Shown here one piece after another: positions 1 to 11,402 of a stretch of DNA of 64,000 bases. The notes beneath the pieces were generated by a model. The model searched no databases. It was not told the origin of the DNA and was given only the letters and a program-made list of their open reading frames with translations. The stretch's first letter is position 1; each line of letters starts with the position of its first letter. The position numbers were made by a program, and so were the translations under genes. Origin of the DNA: Anthoceros angustus (taxonomy: Eukaryota > Plantae > Anthocerotophyta); the NCBI GenBank assembly GCA_010909165.1, contig MU008162.1, positions 992,001-1,056,000 on the forward strand, given 5' to 3'.

Positions 1-2124
1 GGGCCGGTGGGGATCGGGCCGGTGAGATGGACGTTGTAGGAGACGTTGAACTGGGTAAGGAGATTCAGGTTCCCGAGTCCTGGCGGGATCGGGCCGCTGA
101 GGTTGTTGAAGCTGAGGTCGATCTGGATGATGCATCTGAGGTCGGCCAGGGTCGGGGGAATCTCGCCGCTGAGGAGGTTGTGGGAGACGTTGAACTTGGA
201 GAGCACCAGGGAGGAGGAGAAGGCGTCGGGGATGGGGCCTGAGAGGAAGTTTTCTTGGAAGAACATGAACCCCAGGTTGGTGGAGTTGGCGATGATGGCC
301 TCCGGGATGGAGCCGGTAATCTGGTTGTGCGTGAGCTCGATGTAGCCTTGCGTGGGCCTGGGCTGGCAGGGATTCACAACAGCATTGCCGGTGAGAATCA
401 CGTTCCAGAAGGTCTTGCATCTCTCGTACTTGAGGTTCTCCTGGATGAAGCTGGTGAGCCCGCCCGGGACCCAGCGGGCGATGATAGAGCACTCCCCGAT
501 GTAGGCAGGGTAGATGTGCGGGGAGAGCTTGTTCTTGTCGAAGCGCTCGGAGGCCTTGTTCCCCATGGTGTGGAGCGAGTCGGGGATGGTGCCGTTGATG
601 CTGTTGCGGACCGCATTGAACCAGACCAGGCTGCTGGCGTTCCCGAGCTCGGGGGGGATGGGGCCTGAGATGCGGTTGATCCCTAGCCCTAGCCAGAGGA
701 GCTGGCTCAGCTCCCCGAGCTGTGGCGGGATGGGGCCCTCGATGAGGTTGTAGGACAGGTCCAGGATCTGGAGGTCGGAGAGGAAGGAGACTTCTGCCGG
801 GATGGGGCCGGAGAGGTTGTTCCCGGCCAGGATGAGGTGGTCCAGGTTGGTGAGGTGGAAGAGCTGGGTCGGAATGGGGCCGTAGAGGCTGCTGTGGCTC
901 AGATCCAGGTATGTGAGGTTGGAGAGGAGGCCGAGTTCGGGGGGGAGAGGAGCTGGATCGAAGGAGTTCAGGCTGAGGACGAGAACCCGGAGGCTGGAGA
1001 TGGTGCTGAGGTAGGGTCCTGGGTGCGGGCCGGTGAAGAAGTTGTTGTGGAATTCCAGGAAGGTGAGAGCCTGGTTGGAGGAGAAGTGGTCGGTGATGTC
1101 GCCCGTGAACAGGTTCTTCCCCAGCGCCAGGGTCTGCAGAGCTGACATGTTGGAGAAGATCTTGGGGAGCGTGCCGTTGAGGAGGTTGGCTTGCAGGTTG
1201 AGCAGCCGGAGGTTGAAGCAGCTTCCGAGCTCCAAGGGCAGCGGGCCTGCCAGATTGTTGAAGGAAATGTCCAAGATCTGAAAGGCAGCGCAGTGGGCGA
1301 GGAGGTCCGGGGAGAGGGGTCCTGAGAACAGGTTCTGCTGCAGGGCTATCTTCTGGAGCGATGGAAGCTGGCCGAGAGACAAAGGAATTTCTCCTGCGAT
1401 GGAGTTGGAGGAGAGATCCAGGACGCGGAGGTTGGTGCAGCTCAGGGCGAAGTCTGGGGGCAGAGGTCCTGAGAGCCCGATGCCGTTCAGGTTCAGCTGC
1501 TGGAGGCTCGGGCAGGCGGAGAGGAAGCTGTCGGGGAGGCTCCCGTTGAAGCTGTTCTGCGCCAGGACCAGGACCTGGAGGCTGGGGAGGCGGGGGATGA
1601 AGGAGGGAGGGAGCCGTTGAGGTCGTTGTAGGACAGGTCCAGGGAGGTGAGCGCGGTGCAGAGCCCGAGCTCGTCCGGGATGCTAGCATTGAAGAGATTG
1701 AGGGACAGGGAGAGGTTGGCCAGGGCCGGGAGGGTGGAGAATCCGGACGGGATGGGGCCAGCAAGACTGAGGTTGACCAGGCTCACGCTGCTCACCCGGC
1801 TCTCCCCTCCCCACAGCGCACATCCCACTCCCCGCCACTGGCACACGTTGTCGGTGGTGTTCCCTCCCAGGAAAGCAGAATGTCTGTCACGCTCGCGTTG
1901 GCCTGCAGCAGCTGCTTCTTGATCCCCAGCAGGGCCTGCGCGTCCTGCACCAAGCCCGGGCTGCTGGCCTGCTGCAGCCGCCTGCCATGGCCATGGCCTC
2001 CTCCGGAGTCTCCATCTGCTTGCGCACAATTGATGGAAATCGGAAGGAGGAGGAGCAAGAAGAAGAGAAGGAAGCGAGTGGGAGTGATGAGCATGGTGGA
2101 GCCTGCTCCTATGGCGCCTGCCAT
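1..2124 (-). CDS. LRR receptor-like kinase/protein ectodomain, LRR-X group, NILR1-like (At1g74360-like); incomplete, continues beyond the left edge; two apparent 1-nt frameshifts (~1605, ~1862)
   Basis: ATG 2124 gives a signal peptide (RFLLFFLLLLLP), an LRRNT cap (W..N..DNVCQWRGVGC) and many plant LRRs (LxxLxLxxNxLSGxIP). The frame is open from ~1600 to base 1. An island, GECSIIARWVPGGLTSFIQENLKYERCKTFWNVILTG, lies at ~320-560. No TM or kinase domain within the window. Confidence 0.85.
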
Positions 2125-3426
2125 GAACGATCCGGCCTCCTGTTGCTCCCGATCCCGCTGTGACTCATCTGCCTGCAGGACAAGGCTGAAAGCGTGAGAG
2201 TCTCAGACTGAATATGGCAGATTCAGCGTGAGCCGGTCTCCTAATCCTGCTCATCATCGTCTTCGCAGCTGCCTCGCCAGAAGCACATCCAGCAGGCGGC
2301 GAAGGCCGCGACCCCGTCCACCGGCATGGTCTTCAATTCGGCAAGGAGCGAAGGCTGCGGTTGAGGAGAGGCAGCAAATCGGCGGGCACTTGGGGAAGCT
2401 TGAGGAGAAACTGGAGGAGAGATCCAGGACGCGGAGGTTGGTGCAGCTCAGGGCGAAGTCTGGGGGCAGAGGTCCTGAGAGCCCGATGCCGTTCAGGTTC
2501 AGCTGCTGGAGGCTCGGGCAGGCGGAGAGGAAGCTGTCGGGGAGGCTCCCGTTGAAGCTGTTCTGCGCCAGGACCAGGACCTGGAGGCTGGGGAGGCGGG
2601 GGATGAAGGAGGGAGGGAGCCGTTGAGGTCGTTGTAGGACAGGTCCAGGGAGGTGAGCGCGGTGCAGAGCCCGAGCTCGTCCGGGATGCTAGCATTGAAG
2701 AGATTGAGGGACAGGGAGAGGTTGGCCAGGGCCGGGAGGGTGGAGAATCCGGACGGGATGGGGCCAGCAAGACTGAGGTTGACCAGGCTCACGCTGCTCA
2801 CCCGGCTCTCCCCTCCCCACAGCGCACATCCCACTCCCCGCCACTGGCACACGTTGTCGGTGGTGTTCCTCCCAGGAAAGCAGAATGTCTGTCACGCTCG
2901 CGTTGGCCTGCAGCAGCTGCTTCTTGATCCCCAGCAGGGCCTGCGCGTCCTGCACCAAGCCCGGGCTGCTGGCCTGCTGCAGCCGCCTGCCATGGCCATG
3001 GCCTCCTCCGGAGTCTCCATCTGCTTGCGCACAATTGATGGAAATCGGAAGGAGGAGGAGCAAGAAGAAGAGAAGGAAGCGAGTGGGAGTGATGAGCATG
3101 GTGGAGCCTGCTCCTATGGCGCCTGCCATGAACGATCCGGCCTCCTGTTGCTCCCGATCCCGCTGTGACTCATCTGCCTGCAGGACAAGGCTGAAAGCGT
3201 GAGAGTCTCAGACTGAATATGGCAGATTCAGCGTGAGCCGGTCTCCTAATCCTGCTCATCATCGTCTTCGCAGCTGCCTCGCCAGAAGCACATCCAGCAG
3301 GCGGCGAAGGCCGCGACCCCGTCCACCGGCATGGTCTTCAATTCGGCAAGGAGCGAAGGCTGCGGTTGAGGAGAGGCAGCAAATCGGCGGGCACTTGGGG
3401 AAGCTTGAGGAGAAACTGGAGGAGAG
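1406..3426. repeat. Near-perfect tandem duplication, period 1005-1006 bp
   Basis: The 10-mer TGGAGGAGAG occurs at 1406, 2412 and 3417. The two intervening units are identical apart from one C in a C-run (1862 vs 2868). Confidence 0.97.
2412..3129 (-). pseudogene. Truncated second copy of the LRR gene 5' end (signal peptide plus first LRRs)
   Basis: ATG 3129 matches ATG 2124 of copy 1. At 2412 the sequence runs into copy-1 upstream DNA. Confidence 0.85.
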
Positions 3427-4588
3427 GAGAGGAGAAGTCGACTTGAGCAGGAAGAAAAACGTCTCAGGTTTGAGGAGAGCAGAGGATGGTTCTTGCGCGA
3501 GCGTGGCGGAGGGGAATCACGTCCCGCGAATGAGATGAGCAAGGGAGGGGCAAGCGGGGTGTGAAAAAGTGGTGCGACGTGAGCACCCGCCTCGTTCGTG
3601 TGCGGAGGGTGTGCGCAACTGGCCCAGTTCGTGTGAAAACAGTGGTTAGCCTCCTTGTTCCAGCTCCCAGAGTGGGTACAGCAAGTTGGACCATTACCAT
3701 TCCTGCGCACGGGAGCTTGTCCGCCTCTGCGCCGCAATTTTGCTTTCGGGCCCTCGAATATTATTTATAGCATCCAGAAACAAAAACTCTACAGTACGCC
3801 CTCTCCCTCCACTTCGATTCTCGAATCTGTGGGCGCCTCGTCTGCAGAATAGATCTACCCGGCCCCAGTTTCTGGCGCACACCGGCTTCCATCTGTCACG
3901 ACGGACCGCACGTACATTTCGCGTGCCGCTGCGTCTAAATTCGTGACGGATTTTGTGCCTCTCACCAGCTACGTATGTACCAGGCCTCCGTCCCAGATAC
4001 GAAGGAAATCACCGACAAAGAGTTTTATATACATTTCTGCATTTCGCACGAGGCATGGAAGGGGCCACGGCCCTGCTGTGTATGTGTATGTGTAAGTGTG
4101 TTTGGATTTATGTAAGTATGTATTTACACCCAACAAAAGTCACAAGAGGTGAGAGCGAGACATCTCTCTCTTCCTTCTCTCGGGGACTACAACAGCATTC
4201 GCATCATGTGCACATCTGCTGGAAGCATAGACCAATAGCCTCATCAGTTACAGTAGTACCTGCTCACAAGCTCTCCAAAGCCGAGTATTGACACCAAAAT
4301 TTCGCAACAGCTATTGCTTCACAAATCATCGTCGTCGTCAGTCTTACGGACCTACTAAAGAATCAAAGAATGTTGGCTACTGTACACTTCTTCGTCGGAC
4401 ATCGGACAAGCACCTCTTCCATTTCCTACTTTTACACCCACAATTCCTGTCTACCATCCCCTTTTTCCCCATTCCCGCCCCAGGCCCAACGTTCCTCCCC
4501 TCCCCATTCCCAACCTCTTCATCCTTGCTTCGGCCCGCTGCTTACTTCCTTTGTAAATCACGGACCTGAATGGAGAACCAAAAGCCAA

Positions 4589-7500
4589 CTAAGGAAACTG
4601 GAAGCTGCCCCCCCCGATACCATTCCCGTTCGGGTTGCTGATGGATACCCAGAGCAGAGAGATGATGATGGCTAGAAGGCCGGACCAGACGAAAACGATG
4701 GTTGGGGTGCGCCCGCGCCTGCCCATGAGACCCTTGGCGAAAGGATAGAGATGGAACAAGACCCACAGGCTGAAAAACACCCCTCCTAGTAGCTTGCTCC
4801 ATTCCGGAGTGGTCTGGTAGATAGTTCGCGAACATCCCACTGCAATGGCGATGATGTTCGTCATCATGATAGTAATGGGCGGGATCATCAGAGCAGACCA
4901 CTTCACGATGTATAGATCCGCAAACTCGTCCTCATTCTCGTCTCCGCCTGACTTGGAGGTCAGAGTGAACGAGATGTCCACACCGGCCAAAACTTTCAGC
5001 AGACCCTGCAGCACAGCAGCCAAGTGGGCACTGGTGCCTCCAATCACCCAGAACTGCTCGTTTCGCCACCACTCTTCCAGAGTGATTCCGGACCACTTCA
5101 CCTCCAGAATAGCCAGCAGGAAGAGTGTCACTGTGATGGTCAGCAGATACACCAGGAAGAGGATGTCCAGCGACTTCACAATAAACTGCCCCGAAAATAG
5201 AGAGAGCGCCGGCAAGAAGGTGTACACCACCAGGAAAATAGAGGTGAACGGGTAGATGCCCACGTTCAGGTAGGCAATGCGCTGAAGAAACTTCATCTTG
5301 CTGTTGGCAAACAGCGCATTGTTCCGGGAGAAAAAAATCTCCACAGAGCCTGTAGCCCACCGCAGGACCTGATGCAAACGGTCCGTAAGATTGATAGGAG
5401 CAGTCCCCCGGAATGCATCCCGCTTCGTCACACAGTAGACAGACTTCCACCCTCGGTTGTGCATGCGGAAGCCTGTCACAACATCCTCTGTCACAGACCC
5501 ATAAATCCAGCCCACCCTCTGGCCCCATTCCGTCTTGTCCTCATAGAAGCAAGATATCACGCTGATGGCTTCTGCCAGTGTCCCAGCATCCAAGGGCTCC
5601 CTAGGGGCCAACAAAGCTCCAGCTGGTCTGCCATTGGGCACACCCTGATCCGCCAAAGGCAGACCCTGGTATTGGGCCACGGGAATTGATTTCGCTAAAG
5701 CAACAGAGGCCCCGAACCTCTTGGGGAGCAGCTGGATCTCTACGTCATCCTCATCACTGCTCAGCCCATTCAACGACGAAACTTCGGCCTCCCTCTTCGT
5801 AGGCTTGCTCTGAGACTTACCACGACCTCCACAGCAACCACCACAAAGTCTGTGGTCCTTTGAGCGGGGTGGGTCAAAGCCGTATAGAGCAGTCCTGCGG
5901 AACATGCACCCCGTTCCCACATAGAAAGGACCTTGAAGTCCATCAAGAGCTCTCATGTTCACATCAAAGAACACGGTGTTGCGGTTAGCATACCGATCAT
6001 TCGGATCAACACCCTCAAACCGCTGTGGGAATTGCACATACGCGATGCGATCGCCCCCTCTATCCATCATGAAGCACATAGCCTCTCTCAGTGCAGGAGC
6101 ATAAAAGATATAGTGATCACAATCAAGATTCAGAATGAAGGCACCATTCGACATGACAGCGCTCGTTCTCACAAGGGCATTCATGGCTCCAGCTTTCTTA
6201 TTGTGGTCATAACCAGGCCTCTTCTCCCTGGAAACATAGACGAGCATAGGAAGGCGAATGTCGATATCTGTACTGTCAAGGAGGTTCTCTTCATCGTTGC
6301 TGCCCAAAAGAGGCTCGGAGCTCGGAGGGGCTAGCATCACCTGAGAATCAAGTCATCCCAAAGGTCAATGACACTGTCCTCAGACTGCGCTCCTGCAAGC
6401 AAGAAAAACTGTGCAGTTTGAGAACTGCGAAAGCAAGCACCAGGACATACCTGAATAATGCCAGCATGATCTCCTCTACCATGCTCCTTGCCTGAATTGT
6501 TCCAAGTGCCCGGCCAGTGTGTGCCATCGGCCATCCATGTGGCCCTGGGAATCTTCAGAAGCTCCGCAGGATCACCACCGGTTTCAACTTGATGCCTCTT
6601 GGCTTTGATTTCTTCATGTGCATTGTACGCATCTGACCGCCTCCGTATGGAATCCGGCAAACTGTTGATGCGGACCTTGAATTCGTCGTACTCCCTCTTC
6701 ACTCTCCTTCTGTCTTTCACAAAGTCCGTCCTCACCTTGTTCTTCGTAGGATCGCCCTTCATCAAGAAATAGGTTTCTGGATTTCGCGGCTCTATCTCAT
6801 GCTTGCGGCAAAATGGCACCCACACTCTTGCGAAGCTTGCTGCCTCAGCAAGAGCTTCGAAAGAAAGAAGAGCCCCGCCATCATCTGACAGATAGACTGA
6901 CAACTTATCCACAGGGTAGTCCGCTGCCAGAATGGAGAGGATGGTGTTACAGGTCACCAGGGGCGGTTCCTTTTCAGGATCTGCTGTTGACACGAATATA
7001 TCCACGCCCGGCAGATCAGACCTCCCCCTCGGGTTGTTCGGAGAGGGTGTTTCAAATTTCTCCTTCAACACCCTCAAGTCAGTTGAACGGTTCACTGGAA
7101 TGAGCTTGGGCATCTGATCAAGAATCCAAGAGAAGGCAAACCACAGCTCACAGACTACTGAGAGACCCCACAGCCACATGGCATCTTCATTTGGATTCCT
7201 CACTCGCCAAGCGAGGAAAAATCCCAGCACAACTAGCCGAATGAAGACAAGTATCCTGCGAGGGTTACAATCACAAAACCATCAGCTGCTTGCTCCACAC
7301 ACGACCAACAGACTTCGTGGACTGAGCTCAGGTGAGAATTGCAGAATTGAATGAAAGCATTTTGAATCAAACCAGTGACTGCCACAGAATGCTTCAAGCA
7401 AGAAGCACACATGCCACTAGCGGTCAGACAAAAAATACCTGTAAGGACTGATAATGCCTGCCGATATATTAATCCGGCGTGAAAGGGGTCGCCGGGATTT

Positions 7501-8382
7501 GTCGTTGAAGTTGGGAGGAGGCCCACTCATTCCTGAATTGTTGTAATTGTCGTCCTTGGGCCACACAGCATTGCCATAGCCGTACGTCCCCTTGGTCTCA
7601 TACAGCCAGCGAGCGTGGTCAAACTCCGACGTCTGGTTGCTCATGAGCAGCGGCGGTTTGTTCGATTTCATCAACGACAGCCGCCTGTCAAGCTTGGCAT
7701 CCTCCAGCGGCAGGGGAGCCGCATGCTGCAAATCCCCATTAGATCGGCTACCAGCACCTCCGATCCCCCTGCCCTCATTGCCGTCCAAAATCTTGTAAGG
7801 CTCCTTGCAGCCAGGGCACAGCCCAGTGTTGTTGAGGGTATCCACATAGCACTCCCGGCAAATTCTGAAGTTACACTCGCAGGGGAGGAGATCATCCCCT
7901 CTCTCATCCCGCATTGCCTTGCCGTCGCACCCGTGAACCCCACAAGTGGAACCCCTAGCACAAGCCATCTGCGGGTGGGTCGACTCGCTCTCAATCATCT
8001 TGTCCATCACATGGCCTCGAGTGACGCTGTTGAACCCCCCGGTGAAGATGGTGCTGGACACAAACTGCTGCTCCGCCTTCACTGCAATGCCCGGGTCGAT
8101 TGGCGCCGCGGGATTCCCAGACATAGGCTGGTTGTCCGGCGTGGGCGGAATCTGCACCATGTAGCCGGGGTACTCCGAGTTCACCTCCCCGCCATTCTCA
8201 TTGTCGTCTCGCGACAGAGACAAGTACCTCCCGCTGGAGGTCCTCCTGGCATGGCCACTCCCAGGGGATGTGGCGGTGGACTTGGGCCCCCCCCGCGGGC
8301 TCGACAGCCCGCTTTGCCCCACCAGATTCCGGAACGACCTGCCGCCAGTGATGGACAGCCCTGAGGACGCCGGCGACGTCAT
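4589..8382 (-). CDS. CSLD: Cellulose synthase-like D; exons 8382-7439, 7255-6451, 6340-4589
   Basis: N-terminal [20 protein letters not shown]-like [32 protein letters not shown] and QVLRW motifs. GT-AG introns at 7438-7256 and 6450-6341 keep the frame. Confidence 0.96.
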
Positions 8383-10811
8383 CTTCACCGCTTCCCTACA
8401 CCCCGTCCAACATATATATCCCCACTCCCTCCCCGCCGCCAGCTCCACAGCGGAGCTCCCCTCCTTCCTCCTCTCCTCTCCTCTCCCGGAGATGGCTTCC
8501 GCGCGCGAACCCGACTTCGATCCGCGCCCGGCACTTCCCCAAGCCGAAATTAAATAATTAGCCGGAGCCGGAGCCAGAGCCGCAACCCCCAGAGGTCCAA
8601 TTCGCCACCTAGCTCGACAACGCCCGCACCGTCGCCAACATCCTGAACCAGGCCGCCGGTGCGCTACATCAAAGCACCGCGCACCAAACAACACAGATCT
8701 GGCCACCACAGGCGGAAAGAAGCATGAGCGAACAAGAAGAATAGCTTGTTGATGAAAGTAGATGAGATCCGGGCACACAAGGCGGGCGGGCTCGAGTGCG
8801 CTCTGACCCCGCGCTGCTGCCTCCTGGCGTCAGAGGGAGCAGGGGAAGCGGGATCTAAGGCCGCGGCAGAAGCTGCCCGGGTAGAAGTAGAATGGATCTG
8901 GAGAGGGGAAAGAAGAGAAAAGGAAAGGGCAGGGCAGGGCAGGGCAGGGCAAAGCACGGCAACAGCCGAGGCCAACACGGACCAGCCTGGTAAAACGCAG
9001 GCGGGGGAGAGAGCGTGGGAAGCGCGTTGAAAGGCTGGCTGGAAGCACGACGGGGAATGGGACGGGAATGACCGCATCAGCATTAATCAAATCGGCACGG
9101 GCAACAATCGCAACAACAAGGAGAGAGATTTTCACAGCATCAAAGTCCAGTCAAAATTACTATCAGTCTGCATGCAGGCCGCAGCACCTAGAATAGAACC
9201 TCTTCCGTCAAATGCTCTGGACTGCAGAGCAGCACAGCGTGTGAGGAAGCGCTTGAGGCGCCGATTTCCGCTGCTTCTTTCTCCGCTTCTCTCAAGAAAC
9301 TACCGCCATCGCCGCTCCCGCTGCAGGGCAGAAATAATAAACATAGACAAGCAGCGTCGTCTTCCTCCCTCCTTCTTCTTCCTTCCTCCTTGATCTTTCC
9401 TCCTCCCTTCTCCCTTCCGCCGTCTCCAACACAACACGCTCCGACTCCGCTCAAAACAGCTGTTCTTCTCGCGCACCAATCCTCGCATTGCGCGGCAACC
9501 GCGCCCTCCGTGCTGCCAAGAGCAAGACGACGAAGTGAGAGCCTTCCGCCGGGCCTGCCGCAGGACCACCTCCCGAGCCTGGGCCCCGCCTCCCAGACCT
9601 AGCCCCGAGCCTCCGCCCGCCGCAATCGCCGCGGCGCATTCCGTATCGCCGTTTTCGCCGCCCCCAACGGTCCTACCGACGCGTGGCGGCACGCCGGCAC
9701 GCCGGCACGCCGGCTACCCTCACCCCAACGGGTGGGAAATATGTACGTTGTGGGTATTTCAAAATGACCGTTTTCCGGGCTCGGTTCCGGGCTCGGGATG
9801 CTTTTTTGGTGGTTTCCGAACCTTTTAAATTTGTGGGCGGCTTGGGGTTATCCGGTGTCCGTTGCGGCACACGGCGGGGGCGCGGAAGGATATTCGGCCG
9901 AGCTGGTGTCCTGTTGCTTATCCGGCGGTTACGCCTCTGCCGAGCCGGCGACGGCTATACGTGAGCCGGAGCGAGGGGTGGCGCCGCGTGGGCGCGGTGT
10001 CGGGGCTGCGAGGCTCGGACTGCCGAGCCTATTCACGCGCCCGCGCCGGAGACGGAGCCGGAGCGGCCGGCTTAATGTGTGGGTGTGATGGTGTTGTGGG
10101 CCATCCACGTCCGCGGACGCCCCACGATAGCATGGTCCAAGTAAACATGCCCCTCGGGCCTCCGGATGTGGGTACTCTGAGTCTCCCAGGAAAGCTAGTC
10201 TTGCAAACGCGGCCCCACCAGCGGGCTCCACGCTGTGGGCGGCTCTACAGTGGGTCAAGGATTTGGATTTTGGACTCACCATGGAAATGGATCGTCGTGT
10301 TTCAGAATTTCCTTTCCGTGCTTGGTAAAGCTGCATGTATAGTAGCAGCAGTATCTCTGCATATATGTAGATGTGGGTGTGTGTGTTGTTGCAAATGTCA
10401 TGCACCTCATTTTTCTTCACTCAATGTTTTGCAAACAGATATACGTGAAAGAGATAATATCGATTTAAATGTAGAAAAATTGTTGAACTTAAGAGGCATT
10501 GATTGATCTTGGGTGTCATATCGATTTTGCAGAGCACAGGGTGAAAACTGGTTTTGTGTGGCTTCTGATGGGTTTTACATCAGCTGGCAACTGGTGGCAA
10601 GTCCGGCTTATGAGCCGAGAGGATGGGAGAAAGATTTTACGAAGACAGCGTCTTACGTACCGCGTTGGAACGCTAGGTTTGGAGGGGGGAGGCTCGGGCC
10701 GAGCCACCAGCCCGGTAGAGGTTGTCGTTCGTTGTACCTGATCTGGAACTCGAGTTGACAGGTTGGTTTTGTGGTAGGTAGATTAGATCCGGAGGGTGGG
10801 TAATAGTGGAG

Positions 10812-11285
10812 GTGCTCACCACGAGTCACGATCTTGGGGGAGTGTAGGTTACAAAATTCTGGACTTCCTGGCACCCATCTGGCAAGCACAATATGGGGGA
10901 GGATGCATTATGTTCCTCCCCCGTGAAGTTGTAGGCGAAGTTTCTTGGACAGGATACTGAAACATCCGGGATTCCCAGGAGAGAGGTCAATATACAGCTG
11001 GAGATGTTGTAGGCGAAGTTCTTGGAGAGACATCTGCAACACTCACTCCTTCCATGCTCACCACGAGTCACGATCTTGGGGGAGAGTAGGTTACACAATT
11101 CTGGCACCCAACAGCATGGGCGAGGAACATGATGCAGCGGGGCTGCAGATGTTGGAGAGGATGTTCTTGGACAGGATAGTGAAGAATCCGGGATTCGCAG
11201 CAGAGAGGTGACAATGCAGCTGGAGATGTTGCAGGGAAGTTCTTGGACAGGATACTGAAACAATCTGGGATTCCCAGCAGAGGCA
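10812..11285. repeat. Degenerate nested repeat: ~242-bp outer unit containing ~76-bp inner units
   Basis: GCTCACCACGAGTCACGATCTTGGGG occurs at ~10813 and ~11056. TTCTTGGACAGGATA-type units start at ~10942, ~11019, ~11164 and ~11240. Confidence 0.8.
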
Positions 11286-11402
11286 TGAGCAGAATCTGAG
11301 TAGAAAGAACTGCATGATACAAAAACTTTATCTGTGCTACAACACCACGAGCAAAATTGGGGGTCTGAAAACAATCTCTACAGGGGGGGAGAGGGCGCCA
11401 GT

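Noticed and set aside
7615-8364. 249-aa plus-strand ORF
   Set aside because: Antisense shadow of CSLD exon 1.
9172-10506. Cluster of overlapping ORFs upstream of CSLD
   Set aside because: GC-rich leader or promoter with simple repeats; no coding signature or splice-consistent model.
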